Virus record (IMG/VR): IMGVR_UViG_3300022936_000004
Span: 1-43,537 of that record
Direction: 5' to 3' (one strand)
Length of the DNA stretch: 43,537 nt
From: a virus
Lineage: Duplodnaviria > Caudoviricetes
Shown here: piece after piece, positions 1 to 10,321 of the stretch
Layout of the letters: each line of letters begins with the position of its first letter
How positions within the stretch are numbered: position 1 is the stretch's first letter
Position numbers and translations under genes: made by a program
Notes under the pieces: generated by a model
Seen by the model: only the letters and a program-made list of their open reading frames with translations
What the model was told of the DNA's origin: nothing
The model's database searches: none

Positions 1-127
1 CTTAAGCCAACTAGCCGAGGTGCGCTCTAGAATGAGGTCGTTGTTCGTGACCGGAGTAGCACCCTGCGCGCCAGTGGTCACGACTGCGCCAACATCTGCG
101 CCGATGCATAGACTTCGGAAGAAGGCA
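1..127. repeat. 127-bp terminal direct repeat (copy 1); circular-assembly overlap
   Basis: 1-127 is identical to 43411-43537; 127 is a common assembler k-mer length; a reading frame runs straight through the junction. Confidence 0.95.
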
Positions 128-1332
128 TGGCCAAGGCCAGTGACCTTAGCCCGGTTGGTATAGACGCCCGCCGCGAGCGAGGACCAGACCTGCGTGTCTA
201 CTGCTGTCGTGACGGTGCTGACGGTGAATGGTACGCGCGCCTCTCCGGAGACTTGTCCGCTATTGCTGACATCGAGCGGTTTGCCTGCCGACAACTCATA
301 GCCCACGAATGTAATTCGGAGCTGCGGGCCGGAGCTTTCCCATTCATATCGCCCGTTTCCGTTGCGATGAACAATGGATGCAAACAGCGCCTGAATTTGC
401 AGGCGATTGCTGGCGTTGCTCTCGATCAGGGCAGTGCTGCTACCCGATGTCCCGTTGAAATCGTCCCAATAAACCCGGATAACGGGATTGGGGAAGCCAT
501 TGATATCGATCCCCTGCGTAAGGCCGAGAATTCCCGCATTATAGCGCAACCCGCCAAAGCTGGTGTGCGCGGGGACAAGTGGGTCATATAGCCGGAACTC
601 TGGCGGGTAGACGCCTCCGGGAAAGACCCCGGCAGTAGGCGGGTGAATCTCTGCAAAGGAGAAGTCGTTGACCTTCCACCGGGCGACCGTATGCAACCCG
701 CTGTCCAAGATTTGGTTTACCGCATTGATATCAACATTGGTTTCCGAGACATGGAAATCGCTGACGCGTCCCCCATCACCCGGCAGCAGGCCATCATTCC
801 ATTCGAGGTCGGCGCTTTGAATGATCGAAGCGGCTGCGGTCGCGGCAACACCGGGAGTTTGGAGAATAGCCCCATTCGGAGAGAGCGCGAACTTCCTATC
901 TCCGTCAAACTCGTAGCTGATCATCACTGAGTTGACATCGTAAGCTGTGCCCGTGAAGCTACGGCGCTCGCCCACAAACTCTACAGCGGCGTTGTTCCAC
1001 TCTTCCGATAGATCGGTAAGCGGTGTGCTGGCGGTCCGCTCGCCAAGATCATAAACTAACGGAATGAACGTATCGACGCTGATCCCAACTGGAACGCCGT
1101 ATTCCTTCGTGACCGTCCGCCCTCCATAGTAGAAAGTCAGGTCGAAATATCCCGGCGTTTCTACGTTGAAATAGTACGTCCCGTAGCCATCGGTGGTCAG
1201 GGGGTTGTCCAGAACAAGATCGTCGTCATCGTACAGGATCGGAGTCGTGCCGTCCTGATTGCGCACGGCCACCAGCGCTCCGATAACCGGTGCTTGGTTC
1301 TGATCCCTGACGGTTCCGCTATATCGTGCCAT
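1..1332 (-). CDS. Tail fibre/receptor-binding protein, 5' part (493 aa in total, continues at 43410-43261); absent from the ORF track
   Basis: ATG at 1332 just after the stop of 1335-1796; hand translation MARYSGTVRDQNQAPVIGALVAVRNQDGTTPILY...NPLTTDGYGTYYF stays open to base 1 and is in frame with the 43261-43491 ORF; lies at the end of the tail module. Confidence 0.8.
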   Translation of the reverse strand, partial: MARYSGTVRDQNQAPVIGALVAVRNQDGTTPILYDDDDLVLDNPLTTDGYGTYYFNVETPGYFDLTFYYGGRTVTKEYGVPVGISVDTFIPLVYDLGERTASTPLTDLSEEWNNAAVEFVGERRSFTGTAYDVNSVMISYEFDGDRKFALSPNGAILQTPGVAATAAASIIQSADLEWNDGLLPGDGGRVSDFHVSETNVDINAVNQILDSGLHTVARWKVNDFSFAEIHPPTAGVFPGGVYPPEFRLYDPLVPAHTSFGGLRYNAGILGLTQGIDINGFPNPVIRVYWDDFNGTSGSSTALIESNASNRLQIQALFASIVHRNGNGRYEWESSGPQLRITFVGYELSAGKPLDVSNSGQVSGEARVPFTVSTVTTAVDTQVWSSLAAGVYTNRAKVTGLGHAFFRSLCIGADVGAVVTTGAQGATPVTNNDLILERTSASWLK

Positions 1333-1334
1333 GC

Positions 1335-1796
1335 TTATGGACCTTCGTAGGCATTCTGGCAGAATGCTGAGATTGTGTTGGTGATAACCACGTTGCTAAG
1401 CGCGTCCTGCACTGTCGCATAGATCAGGGTATTTGATTCCTCTGATCCGCTAAGCGGCGGCGATCTGAACGGAGTTACCAGAGAGGAAGGAGAGACGGCC
1501 TCCCAGCCACTTTCCGACAACGTATAATCCACGGTATAAGGAGGCGTGCCACCGGTAATCGAGACCGTTCCGCTTCCGCCGGTCGTTACATTGATCGCGC
1601 CGGGGCTGTAGCCATAGCCGTAGAGGTTGGCCGGAGATAGCGTTGCGCTTAAACTTCCGCCACCGCTGATCGTACGCAGAACTGCACCGCTGTCCCTAAC
1701 ATAAATACCGGACACGGCTTTGAGTGCGCTGGCGGTATCCCTCGCAGAAACCGAAGCGATTGTTCTCAAGGTTCCTGATGCGTCCCGAACCTGCAT
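1335..1796 (-). CDS. Tail-associated protein (beta-rich, Ser/Thr/Gly-rich)
   Basis: Coupled to the upstream gene; repeated VRD-x-G motifs at the N-terminus; position in the tail module. Confidence 0.6.
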   Translation of the reverse strand: MQVRDASGTLRTIASVSARDTASALKAVSGIYVRDSGAVLRTISGGGSLSATLSPANLYGYGYSPGAINVTTGGSGTVSITGGTPPYTVDYTLSESGWEAVSPSSLVTPFRSPPLSGSEESNTLIYATVQDALSNVVITNTISAFCQNAYEGP

Positions 1797-2386
1797 TAGT
1801 AGGTAAACCAGATATCGCCCGGCAAGGACGTTGGATCAGGCGCGCCCGATGCTGTGATAAAGATGCGTCCACCCGTCATCAGGGGATCATACCAATAGGG
1901 CAGTACGCCTGCACCTTGCCTAGTCGCATTTCCAGTGAGCGCGCCGCCCGCCAATGGCAGAGGGGTGGGAATGCCGGTAGCAGTTGCCAGAGCCGAACTA
2001 TTGGCGAGCGTCAGCAGCGAGCGGCCAAAAGTGGTCGTGCTGAGTAGAGCGATGGCCGTCAGATTGGCGTTGATCGGCTGAAAGCTATCGATGGGCAGAT
2101 AGACCGAGGGCGAGTAGAAAACCTGCGTGTCGTTATAGTCCCGAAACCGCATGGAATAGTCGGTCTCGTCGCAGAAAAACACCGCCGGGGTCACGCCGTT
2201 GACCGACAAGCCACCAATCGTGCGGATGGGCTGGTCAGCCGGAATGGTCAGATCACTATCCCAGAACAGATCAATGGGATTGGTCTCCGGATCGGTATCC
2301 GCAACACCCACGTAAATCTTGCCGCCATCGGCCAGCATGCCCGAGGCGTCGAGATAGATAGGGACCGGGTTGCTAACCTTCTGCAT
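1796..2386 (-). CDS. Tail protein with P22 tailspike head-binding-like N-terminal domain
   Basis: GGKIYVGVADTDPETNPI...QPIRTIGG resembles the P22-type head-binding domain; ends in a PGDIW motif; follows the ejection genes. Confidence 0.65.
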   Translation of the reverse strand: MQKVSNPVPIYLDASGMLADGGKIYVGVADTDPETNPIDLFWDSDLTIPADQPIRTIGGLSVNGVTPAVFFCDETDYSMRFRDYNDTQVFYSPSVYLPIDSFQPINANLTAIALLSTTTFGRSLLTLANSSALATATGIPTPLPLAGGALTGNATRQGAGVLPYWYDPLMTGGRIFITASGAPDPTSLPGDIWFTY

Positions 2387-4896
2387 TATTCCTTGCCCCT
2401 TTTGGGTGCGGTTTCCATGTCCAGAACCTGTTCGATCTGGTCCGCCAGATTAAGATAGTCCTGCTCCATACCCGGTGCGGTGTTGGCCAGCTTACCGAGG
2501 CGCTTCACATGCGCGTTGATCGCCTGAATGTTGGGCTTCTTGTCCAGCGCCATCAGCCAACGGGCGAACTTGGGATTGCCCAACAACTTACCAGCGCCGA
2601 GCTGGGCTCCGATTGATAGAACGCCAAGCACAGGATTGGATACAAACGTCCCTGCCGTGCCAACGCCGCCAACCGCCAGACCTGTGCGCGAGGTGTTGGA
2701 GAACTTGCCGGATGCCTTCATTCCCCCTGCGATGCGCGCGATGTCATCCACCGCAACCCGATGTTCGCCATTGAACAGGAGCGCCTTGGCTCGCGGAGAA
2801 AGATCATTCCACTGCGTCATGAAGTCAGCCGGGGAAAACGCATTCCCTTCCGTGTTCTGCCTGCCCTTCGGAGCGCGTCCGAGCATCTCAAGCACACTGG
2901 CGCGTACGCTATTCTGCGCCTCTTCAGGAAGTGAGCGGAAACCCTGCGAGAACTTAGCCACATCCCCGCCCTTGGCTCGACCCCAGTTCATGAGGGTGCG
3001 ATAGGCCCGCTCCGGATTGGTCTGATAATCAGGGCCAAGCAATTCGGAGAATACCCTCTCCACGCGGCGTTCTCTTGCTCGGGCATAGTTATTCGCCCGC
3101 TCGAATGCCCTCAAGGCTCCGGGTCCCTGCGCCGCAGCGGTAGCGCGCATATCCTCGCTCAGCGCCCCGTAGAGCCCTCTCAGGCGTCGGATATCCGTGC
3201 CGTCCTTGGCAAGCCCCGGCTGCCCGATCTTCTCTCCGATGACGGAGCGGAAGCCCTTTAGGTCATCCCACGAAAGTCCGCCGTTCTTAGCGCCATCAGC
3301 AAGAGCTTCCGCTGTGGCCTGCAACATCGGATCATCCGACCAGATACGCGACAGCGCCGGATTGCTGGAAAATCCACGATTGGCTTCAGCCAGATAGCCG
3401 TTGACGTTATTGAGCTGAGCAGGTGCATCGCCCTGGATAGGGATGCGCTGATACAACGGCGCAACCTTGGCCTGCGTCCCGCTTTCGGCCTCTCGGATTC
3501 CGCGTTGAATTACCTGACCGATGCCAGCATCATCGCTGCGGACATTGCCGATACGCTCGGCTATGCCGGTACGCGCATTGGCCAGCGATGTAACCGCCCT
3601 GTCCGCGCCTTCCGAAAGCGGAATCGCGCCAAGCGTGGCGTTGGTGACCGCCGAAGCCATCTGAGATGAATACGCGCCGGGGCGATCAGCGGCGAGAACG
3701 TCAACCGGCAAGCCGCGCTCATCCATGCGCCCGACTGCGCTATCGAAGCGCCGACGTTCAAGAACCCGCTCCGGAGTGCCCCGAGTAGGGAGCAGCCGCC
3801 CAGCCTGTCCAGCAGCAGCGCCAAGTCCATAACCAGCCGGAGCGCCAATAGCGGAACCCGTGATACCGCCAATCCCACGCTCAGCAAAACTGTCCCCAGC
3901 CGATGCCCCTTCAGCGCCGCCGTAGATAGCGCCTTCCTTGCCGCTTTGGCGAGCAATGGCCGAACGGAACGCAGCGTTCGCTTCAGCTTTCGCCAAGGTA
4001 CGTGCAGCGGGACGGCTAAGCCCCTGCGCCAGTGCGGTGGAATAAACGCGCGCAGCCGTTTCCTTTGCCGCTAGCCCCCCCACACTACCGAGCTTGGTAG
4101 GCAGCGCCAGCGACCCCACGAAATCACCCGTACCGCGCAGATAGGGGCTGTTCTCCTGATCATAGTCACGGATGCCGCGCGAGCGGATAAGCTCGTCACC
4201 GAAATCACCGCCTGCTATCGTACCGAATAGGGCGTCCAGTTCGTCATCCAGTTCGAAAGGGACTGCGCCACGAGCAAACGCATCCACACCATCAGGCAGT
4301 AAGTTGCGGCTGTTGTCCCGAAAGTCGGCGGGCGGGCGCTGCCCCAGCATCAGGTAATCTTCAGTCGAGTTCTGCGTTAGCGGAATCGAAGGATCGCCCG
4401 TCTCAGGATCAATCGGAAGCCCACCATATTCCGCTTCGTACGCCCCGAGAATCTGAGGCGGGAGGGCGTCATCGATCACGCTCCATTTGGAAGTCTTGCC
4501 ACCCGGATAGTAGATCGTGACAAAGCCTTGAGGGTCAAACTCATAGCTTTCCGGGACCAGACCGGCGACACGCGAGGCCGCACCCTCAACGGAAGGATTG
4601 GCGAGACTTCCAAGGCCCTGAAGCGTGGCCATTCCCCGCCCCTCAACAGTGTCGAGGTCGTTCGGTTGCCCGTACAGGCTTTTCCAAGGGCGTTTACCCG
4701 TAGGCTGACGCGGCTGTTCCTCTACGGGAGCCTGTCCTTGGGGGGCAAAATCAATCACGCCTTCAAGTGAGGGGTCACCCTGTGGGGTCGTTACCGTCGA
4801 GGGATCAATTAGCGTGGGATCATCGGCAAGCGCCTCCGAACCCGCTACGGACTCGTTGGCGAAATCAATCAGGTCGTCCCAAGGATCGCGCGCCAT
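2386..4896 (-). CDS. Large DNA ejection (internal virion) protein, P22 gp16 position
   Basis: 836 aa, Ala/Gly-rich and helical; third gene of the ejection trio. Confidence 0.65.
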   Translation of the reverse strand: MARDPWDDLIDFANESVAGSEALADDPTLIDPSTVTTPQGDPSLEGVIDFAPQGQAPVEEQPRQPTGKRPWKSLYGQPNDLDTVEGRGMATLQGLGSLANPSVEGAASRVAGLVPESYEFDPQGFVTIYYPGGKTSKWSVIDDALPPQILGAYEAEYGGLPIDPETGDPSIPLTQNSTEDYLMLGQRPPADFRDNSRNLLPDGVDAFARGAVPFELDDELDALFGTIAGGDFGDELIRSRGIRDYDQENSPYLRGTGDFVGSLALPTKLGSVGGLAAKETAARVYSTALAQGLSRPAARTLAKAEANAAFRSAIARQSGKEGAIYGGAEGASAGDSFAERGIGGITGSAIGAPAGYGLGAAAGQAGRLLPTRGTPERVLERRRFDSAVGRMDERGLPVDVLAADRPGAYSSQMASAVTNATLGAIPLSEGADRAVTSLANARTGIAERIGNVRSDDAGIGQVIQRGIREAESGTQAKVAPLYQRIPIQGDAPAQLNNVNGYLAEANRGFSSNPALSRIWSDDPMLQATAEALADGAKNGGLSWDDLKGFRSVIGEKIGQPGLAKDGTDIRRLRGLYGALSEDMRATAAAQGPGALRAFERANNYARARERRVERVFSELLGPDYQTNPERAYRTLMNWGRAKGGDVAKFSQGFRSLPEEAQNSVRASVLEMLGRAPKGRQNTEGNAFSPADFMTQWNDLSPRAKALLFNGEHRVAVDDIARIAGGMKASGKFSNTSRTGLAVGGVGTAGTFVSNPVLGVLSIGAQLGAGKLLGNPKFARWLMALDKKPNIQAINAHVKRLGKLANTAPGMEQDYLNLADQIEQVLDMETAPKRGKE

Positions 4897-6767
4897 TAGC
4901 GAACCTTCCCAACGCGACCGTCAGGGGTGCGTACCCATTTGCCCTTGTTCTTCATGGCTTCCTGACGTGAGCGGATCACAATGGGGTTGGCTGCGGAAGA
5001 ACCGGGAGCGCCGCCTTGTGGCGCACCACGTTGAGCAGCGGGAGACTGGCCCGCTTGGAGCATGGGCTGATAACCCTGATCCTCGGTGTACATCCCCTCG
5101 ATGTCTCGGTTGATCGCAGCATATTCTTCGCGGAACCGTTTAAGCTTTTTGCGAGCGGTATCAGCGGTATCCGTAACCAAGGGAATGAAGGGCAGAAGGC
5201 GCGGCGTTTCAGCAGCGGTCACGGCAGCGCCGGAGCGGTCGTGAATGCGCAAGCTGCCGATATCTGCGATTGCGGCGCGGACATCAACGCCCTTGGGGTC
5301 CGTTCGCTGACTCACCCATGAGGGCACCCCACCGCTAATAAGCCCCACGCCTGCGGGATAGGCGTCGAGAGCCTTAAGCGCTTTGTCGATGGCTCGGATC
5401 GAATTGCGGTTTTCGATAACCGCGTTCACAATCGGAGTTGGAACAGGCTTCAGTTTAGCATCGGCACGCTGGCCACTCACCGCTTGAGGCATACCGTTTT
5501 CGCCCCGGTAATACACCGTATTAGGGTCAAGCCCTTCGGAGGCCACCTCTTCCGGCGTCAGGCGCTGCGCCTGCACCTTGCCCGGCTTCGGCGCGCCCTG
5601 TGCGATAACCCGAGGCTGTCCGCGCTGCTCCTGCCCACGCAACGCCACCATGTTGCGGTTGACGTAAGAGCGGGTCTCGGCTGGCATGTTCTGAAGCCAG
5701 CGATCCCCGCCTTTCTTGACGGCATTGTCCACTGCACCGGGGCCAGCATTGTACGCGGCCCACGCCTTTGCAGGGTCGTTGTTGTACCGCTGCATCATCA
5801 CGCCGAGATATTCCCGGCCAAGGCGCGCGTCATCCTCCGGAGTGCCATCGGAAGGGGAAAGGCCAAAGCCGGGGTTCTTTGCCGTTCCCGGCATAACCTG
5901 CATTTTGCCACGCGCGCCCTTGGGGCTGGTTACGCGCGAGCCGTCCCGATTATATTCTCGGTTTCCACTTTCCGCCTGAAGGGTAATCGGGACCATGCGG
6001 GAGACTGCATCGCCCCCCGCGCCACCAGATGCTTGATCACCTCCTCCCGTGCTATTCGGATCGTATTCGACAATGGTCTCACCCTCGCCGACGCTAACAG
6101 GGCGAGGCGCGAACGGAGCCGATGCAACAAGGTTGCCATCAGCATCATAGCGGCGGCTACCGGGACCAAGCGTGTATGGCCCCTCGGCCTCGCCGCCAAC
6201 CACCTTGTAGTTCTGCGCGAACTTGTCGTAATCGGCAGCCGCAAGGTTCATCAGCGCCTCACCCTGAAGCGCCTTGATCGCCTGATTGCGAGTCGCGGGG
6301 TCCGGGTCCTCAAGGGCGGCAATAGTTTGGTCTAGGAGCGCTGTATCTACCCCTTGCGCTTTTTCCGCATCACGGCGCGCACGAAGCTGGCCAAGCGCAA
6401 GATCGGTGCGACCGTTCTTCAGCGAGGAATAGACCGATCCCCACTGCCGAATATCAGCCGTCTTTACCGCCGCGTCCTTGACATCCCAGCCCTTGCGTAG
6501 AGCCTCAGCCTGTTGGGGGTATTTCGAGGCAAGCGCCATCAGTCCCGCTGGCGTGGGATCAAGCAGATACTGATCCACATCCGCGCGATAGGCTTCCTGC
6601 TGCCCCTGCTTCTGACGTTCGGCGTTGAGCGCAAAGTCATTGATCTGGATCGCCTGCTCGCCCTGACGGCGCTTCAGGCCCTGCTCCTGTCCTTCATAGA
6701 CAGAGCGCCCCACCATTCCCGGCATCTGCGCCAGAAGTGCGATAAGCTGGTTCGGATCGCTTGCCAT
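4896..6767 (-). CDS. DNA ejection protein with lytic transglycosylase (SLT) domain, P22 gp20 position
   Basis: SLT motifs AESGN, SPKGARGKMQVMPGTA, AAYNAGPGAV, ETRSYV. Confidence 0.8.
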   Translation of the reverse strand: MASDPNQLIALLAQMPGMVGRSVYEGQEQGLKRRQGEQAIQINDFALNAERQKQGQQEAYRADVDQYLLDPTPAGLMALASKYPQQAEALRKGWDVKDAAVKTADIRQWGSVYSSLKNGRTDLALGQLRARRDAEKAQGVDTALLDQTIAALEDPDPATRNQAIKALQGEALMNLAAADYDKFAQNYKVVGGEAEGPYTLGPGSRRYDADGNLVASAPFAPRPVSVGEGETIVEYDPNSTGGGDQASGGAGGDAVSRMVPITLQAESGNREYNRDGSRVTSPKGARGKMQVMPGTAKNPGFGLSPSDGTPEDDARLGREYLGVMMQRYNNDPAKAWAAYNAGPGAVDNAVKKGGDRWLQNMPAETRSYVNRNMVALRGQEQRGQPRVIAQGAPKPGKVQAQRLTPEEVASEGLDPNTVYYRGENGMPQAVSGQRADAKLKPVPTPIVNAVIENRNSIRAIDKALKALDAYPAGVGLISGGVPSWVSQRTDPKGVDVRAAIADIGSLRIHDRSGAAVTAAETPRLLPFIPLVTDTADTARKKLKRFREEYAAINRDIEGMYTEDQGYQPMLQAGQSPAAQRGAPQGGAPGSSAANPIVIRSRQEAMKNKGKWVRTPDGRVGKVR

Positions 6768-7453
6768 TACCAGCCGCGCAACCCGCCAGCGACACCGTTA
6801 GCGCCACCCATGATATTCCCCGCACTACCGCCACCCGAAGCGCCACCGAAGTAATTTCCAGCCGCGTTTGTAATCCCACCCAGCGCGCTAAGCCACGCCC
6901 CATATTGACCGGCGATGCCCGATGCCTTGGCGTTTCCTTGCTGGCCGAGCAAGCCGCTGATCTGGTTGGCGCTGTTTGCCCCGAGCTGGCCAACTTGTCC
7001 CGTCGCCCCCGCTCCAAGGCTCGCGATGCCGCCAAGCTGGCCAAGCTGATTCTGGATGACCGTGGACAGAAGGCCCGAGCCGAAGTTGGCAAGGCTGTTC
7101 TGCGTGTTGCCGCCGCGAAGACCTCCCGTAGCAGCCGAGTTCTGAAGGATCGTGTCCTGCCCGGTATCGTAGAGCGAGGTGAAGCCGGGGGAACCCTTAA
7201 GCTGGGCAATCGCCGCCTGCTGCGCCTCCGCTCCGTTCAACCCGAGAAGGTCAAGCGACGAACCCAACGCAGCCCCGCCACCCTCCATGTATGGCATGAA
7301 GTCAGCGCGCGAGGTGTCATACTGCCTGCGCTGTTCGGCAATGCCCTTCTCATAGGCCGCAGTTTGCGCAGCAGCAGCTTTCTTGGCTCCCTTGCCCCCA
7401 AGGATACCGCTGATAAGCGATGCGCCTGCGGCGATACCTGCCTGAGCGGCCAT
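6767..7453 (-). CDS. DNA transfer/ejection protein, P22 gp7-like
   Basis: Gly/Ala-rich N-terminus, PYMEGG, SPGF, SAATGGLRGGN motifs typical of gp7-like proteins. Confidence 0.8.
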   Translation of the reverse strand: MAAQAGIAAGASLISGILGGKGAKKAAAAQTAAYEKGIAEQRRQYDTSRADFMPYMEGGGAALGSSLDLLGLNGAEAQQAAIAQLKGSPGFTSLYDTGQDTILQNSAATGGLRGGNTQNSLANFGSGLLSTVIQNQLGQLGGIASLGAGATGQVGQLGANSANQISGLLGQQGNAKASGIAGQYGAWLSALGGITNAAGNYFGGASGGGSAGNIMGGANGVAGGLRGW

Positions 7454-7914
7454 TAGTGGGCCTTCCGAAATACGAACATGGTTTCGCCCTCATCGGGATA
7501 ATAGATATCGCCGCCGCTCTCGACATATTCGACGGGTTCAGCACCCAGCTTGCGGTAGAACCACTTGGCCTGAGGGAGATAATCGGGGACCGGGCCGAAC
7601 GCCTGTTCTACATAGGGCTTCATCCACTCGCGCATCGCGTAGCCGGTTTCCAGCGCACGCTTTCCACGGCAAGTCGGACCGAATATCGTGGAGACCAGCC
7701 AATCCTTTTCCGCCGACTGGCCATATACCTGTACCGCATCGTCCCCGTTCGAGAGGACGATGCAGCCAACCGGGTTTTCAAAGAACGGTGTCCAATCGAC
7801 CACCTGTTTCTTCGGCGCGATATTGCTCATGATCCCCGGCTGATTGGACAGCCGGTTGATCAGGGAGGGATCACGTTCGCGGATGATTTCCATCGGGGCC
7901 TGTTGCTCTCGCAA
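7453..7914 (-). CDS. P22 gp14-like (GNAT-fold) virion assembly protein; start may be 7893
   Basis: Synteny before gp7; RGKRAL and AKWFYRKLG resemble GNAT motifs. Confidence 0.55.
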   Translation of the reverse strand: MREQQAPMEIIRERDPSLINRLSNQPGIMSNIAPKKQVVDWTPFFENPVGCIVLSNGDDAVQVYGQSAEKDWLVSTIFGPTCRGKRALETGYAMREWMKPYVEQAFGPVPDYLPQAKWFYRKLGAEPVEYVESGGDIYYPDEGETMFVFRKAH

Positions 7915-7951
7915 TGCCCCCGGTGCAGGGCTTTCAGGCTACCGATGTGGT

Positions 7952-7980
7952 ATCCTACGCCAATTGTTGGCGTAGCGCAA
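7952..7980 (-). promoter_or_regulatory. Sigma70-like promoter TTGCGC-N17-TAGGAT with an overlapping 9-bp inverted repeat
   Basis: -35 at 7980-7975, -10 at 7957-7952; IR CTACGCCAA/TTGGCGTAG at 7955-7975. Confidence 0.5.
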
Positions 7981-8466
7981 CTATGCCTGACGCCATACTA
8001 CCGAGCCAGTCGGGCCCTTGTAAATCTCTCCGATTGCCACCCCCGCGCTCGCAGCCGCCGCGTCGTCCGCGTAGGGACCGACAGCCGAGCTTGGGATTTT
8101 CCCCAGCGTTGGGAAATCGACATTGGTGTCAGCGGATAGATTGATCGTGCAGTCATAGCCTCCGTTGAGAAGCGGGACAGTCGTAAGCACGATAACCACT
8201 GTAGCGCCGGGGCCGTTGTCGATTATCTGGAGGCCAGTCCCAACGGCTAGAATGCGCTCTCTCGTCAACGTTTCGTTGGGCGATAGCGTGATGACCGTGG
8301 CATCCTGAATGGCGGTCGTTGCATCGACATTGGTAGCCGTCTGAGCGGTATTATCCGCAACCTGCTTCTGCTGCTGCTCGAAAGCATAGATCACTTTCGG
8401 GTTATCCCCGAACACCTTTCGCAGATCGTCACGGGTAAGGAAGGTTTGGAGCGCTGGCGTGGCCAT
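7981..8466 (-). CDS. Virion tail protein (gp26/needle position)
   Basis: Synteny after gp10; N-terminal coiled-coil-like segment. Confidence 0.5.
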   Translation of the reverse strand: MATPALQTFLTRDDLRKVFGDNPKVIYAFEQQQKQVADNTAQTATNVDATTAIQDATVITLSPNETLTRERILAVGTGLQIIDNGPGATVVIVLTTVPLLNGGYDCTINLSADTNVDFPTLGKIPSSAVGPYADDAAAASAGVAIGEIYKGPTGSVVWRQA

Positions 8467-9863
8467 CAGTTCTTCAGCCCTTCAATCTCAGCCTCCAATG
8501 AGGCGATGCCCTGCAATGCGGTAGAATCCCCACGGAACCGAATGCCCATGTATCGAGCGAACCGCTTATGTGGAAAGAACGCGATACGCTTGTTTCTGGC
8601 TCCGCTCAATCCGATGCGGCTCGCGCGTTCCATGCTCCACGTCTCTCCATCAACTGTGTAGGAGATGAACGCGGAAGGGACACCCGAAACACTTCTCCCC
8701 GGAAGGGCGACAAGTTCAAGGCTATGAACAATCGCGCCCTTGGCCGAGTTGAAAATCAACTGCGTATCGAAGCACCAGCCCGTTGCTTCACCGAAATGCG
8801 TGGAGATGCTCTCGCTCAACACCCCAAGCGTGCCGCCATCGACATCACCCACGATGGTCTGAGTACCGAGGATAACCGCGTGACGCAGGCGATAGGGCTT
8901 ATCCATCGCCAATCCCGACTGCGCGACGTACCAGACCGCCTGCTGCGCTGCCTGAGAGGCGTTCTGTAGGTAAACCAGCGTCTTGTCGCTCAGATGGATA
9001 TAAAGGCGCTGCTCATCCCTTGAAACGCGGGCCTCAAGCTCAATGGCTTCGGGATTTTCCTCCGCCGCCAGAAAGTCATCGATCGCGCGCGTGGAGATTT
9101 TAGCAGCCGAGCCGCCGCCCGCGAGAAATGCGCCGATTTCCTGATTCCTGCCGCCGCCCACGAACGCGAACGTTTGCGAGAACAAGCACTTCGCCCGAGG
9201 GCCAACGCAGCCGATAGGAATGGTAGCGCCTTGGTTCACCTGAAGCGGGAAACCTGTGCCGCCGACATAGTTGAAAAACTCGATGGTGTTCGATCCGCAA
9301 ACTGCCAGCTCATTGCGAATCTTAATCATGCCCGTGATCGGGTCCGGATCAGTCTCCGCAGAGCCGTATTTCAACGGGTCAACCTGCGTCGGGTCACTAA
9401 TCTGCGTGGCAACGATGTACGTGCCGTCCGTGCTGAAATACTGGCCATTGAACCATGCGATGTCGTTGCAGGCCCCAAGGTCGGGGTCCGTCACCTGAAC
9501 CAGTGAAACACCGTCCCAATAATATAGGCTAGTCCCGCTCTGGATCGCCAGCCGACCGAAGCCGTAGTCTAGGCCGACCGAGCCACCCGATCCTACATCT
9601 CCCAACTGGGTCACGACGCCAGAAGGAGAAACGGATACCAGCTTGGTCCCCATCACCCGGTAAAGCACACCGTTCCAGTTGATTGCGCCTCGATCTACAC
9701 CGGGACCACCCGCACCAAGCACCGATGCACCCATTGCCGAGCGCAGGTAACCCTTCGAAATGCCAGACTCAGTCGGGACGGCTTCCAGATTTTGGGGATA
9801 CGACAGATTGAAATCTGCCATCTCCGATGCGAGTGCGCCGTTGATCAGCGGGATTTGCGTCAC
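8466..9863 (-). CDS. Packaged DNA stabilisation / tail hub protein, P22 gp10-like
   Basis: GVDRGAINWNGVLYRVMGTKL, YGSAETDPD, DGETWS motifs; 465 aa. Confidence 0.9.
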   Translation of the reverse strand: MTQIPLINGALASEMADFNLSYPQNLEAVPTESGISKGYLRSAMGASVLGAGGPGVDRGAINWNGVLYRVMGTKLVSVSPSGVVTQLGDVGSGGSVGLDYGFGRLAIQSGTSLYYWDGVSLVQVTDPDLGACNDIAWFNGQYFSTDGTYIVATQISDPTQVDPLKYGSAETDPDPITGMIKIRNELAVCGSNTIEFFNYVGGTGFPLQVNQGATIPIGCVGPRAKCLFSQTFAFVGGGRNQEIGAFLAGGGSAAKISTRAIDDFLAAEENPEAIELEARVSRDEQRLYIHLSDKTLVYLQNASQAAQQAVWYVAQSGLAMDKPYRLRHAVILGTQTIVGDVDGGTLGVLSESISTHFGEATGWCFDTQLIFNSAKGAIVHSLELVALPGRSVSGVPSAFISYTVDGETWSMERASRIGLSGARNKRIAFFPHKRFARYMGIRFRGDSTALQGIASLEAEIEGLKN

Positions 9864-10321
9864 TGGTTCTGCTCGTCATCCGGCGTAGCAACGAGAAAGA
9901 AAGGCCCGCGCCAGTTCCACAGCCGGTTCCCGGCTCCACGAATCGTCTGGCGTCCAAGCTCACGGGTAGGCGTGGATTGGTATTTTGATTTCAGCGCCGA
10001 CATAGCCGCCGATTGAGGTCCGTTAGGTGAGAACATTTTACCGATGTTTGGCCCGACTTCCTGAGCGATACGCACCGTAAAGCCCAGCACGTCAGCCGCA
10101 GCAATCCCGCTCTCGTCATCAGCCGACCCATTGCCATAGGCCGGATAATTAAAGCCGAACGCATCGCCATACTCAGGAGCGATGTCGTTCATGCATTGCA
10201 ACCCGAGGTCGTATTCTTCGTTGGTTAGTTCAAATTCAGTGACCGATTGCCCACACATGCCGAAAGCCCGCTGGATCAGCGTTCGCTTGAGCGGTCCTCC
10301 GTATAGCGCGAGTTCGGTCAT
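9860..10321 (-). CDS. Head-to-tail adaptor, P22 gp4-like (start revised to MTELALYGG at 10321)
   Basis: LT-x-EE...DESG...GAGNR pattern; directly upstream of gp10. Confidence 0.7.
   Translation of the reverse strand: MTELALYGGPLKRTLIQRAFGMCGQSVTEFELTNEEYDLGLQCMNDIAPEYGDAFGFNYPAYGNGSADDESGIAAADVLGFTVRIAQEVGPNIGKMFSPNGPQSAAMSALKSKYQSTPTRELGRQTIRGAGNRLWNWRGPFFLVATPDDEQNQ

Noticed and set aside
127-930. + strand ORFs 127-591 and 643-930
   Set aside because: Antisense to the origin-spanning tail gene
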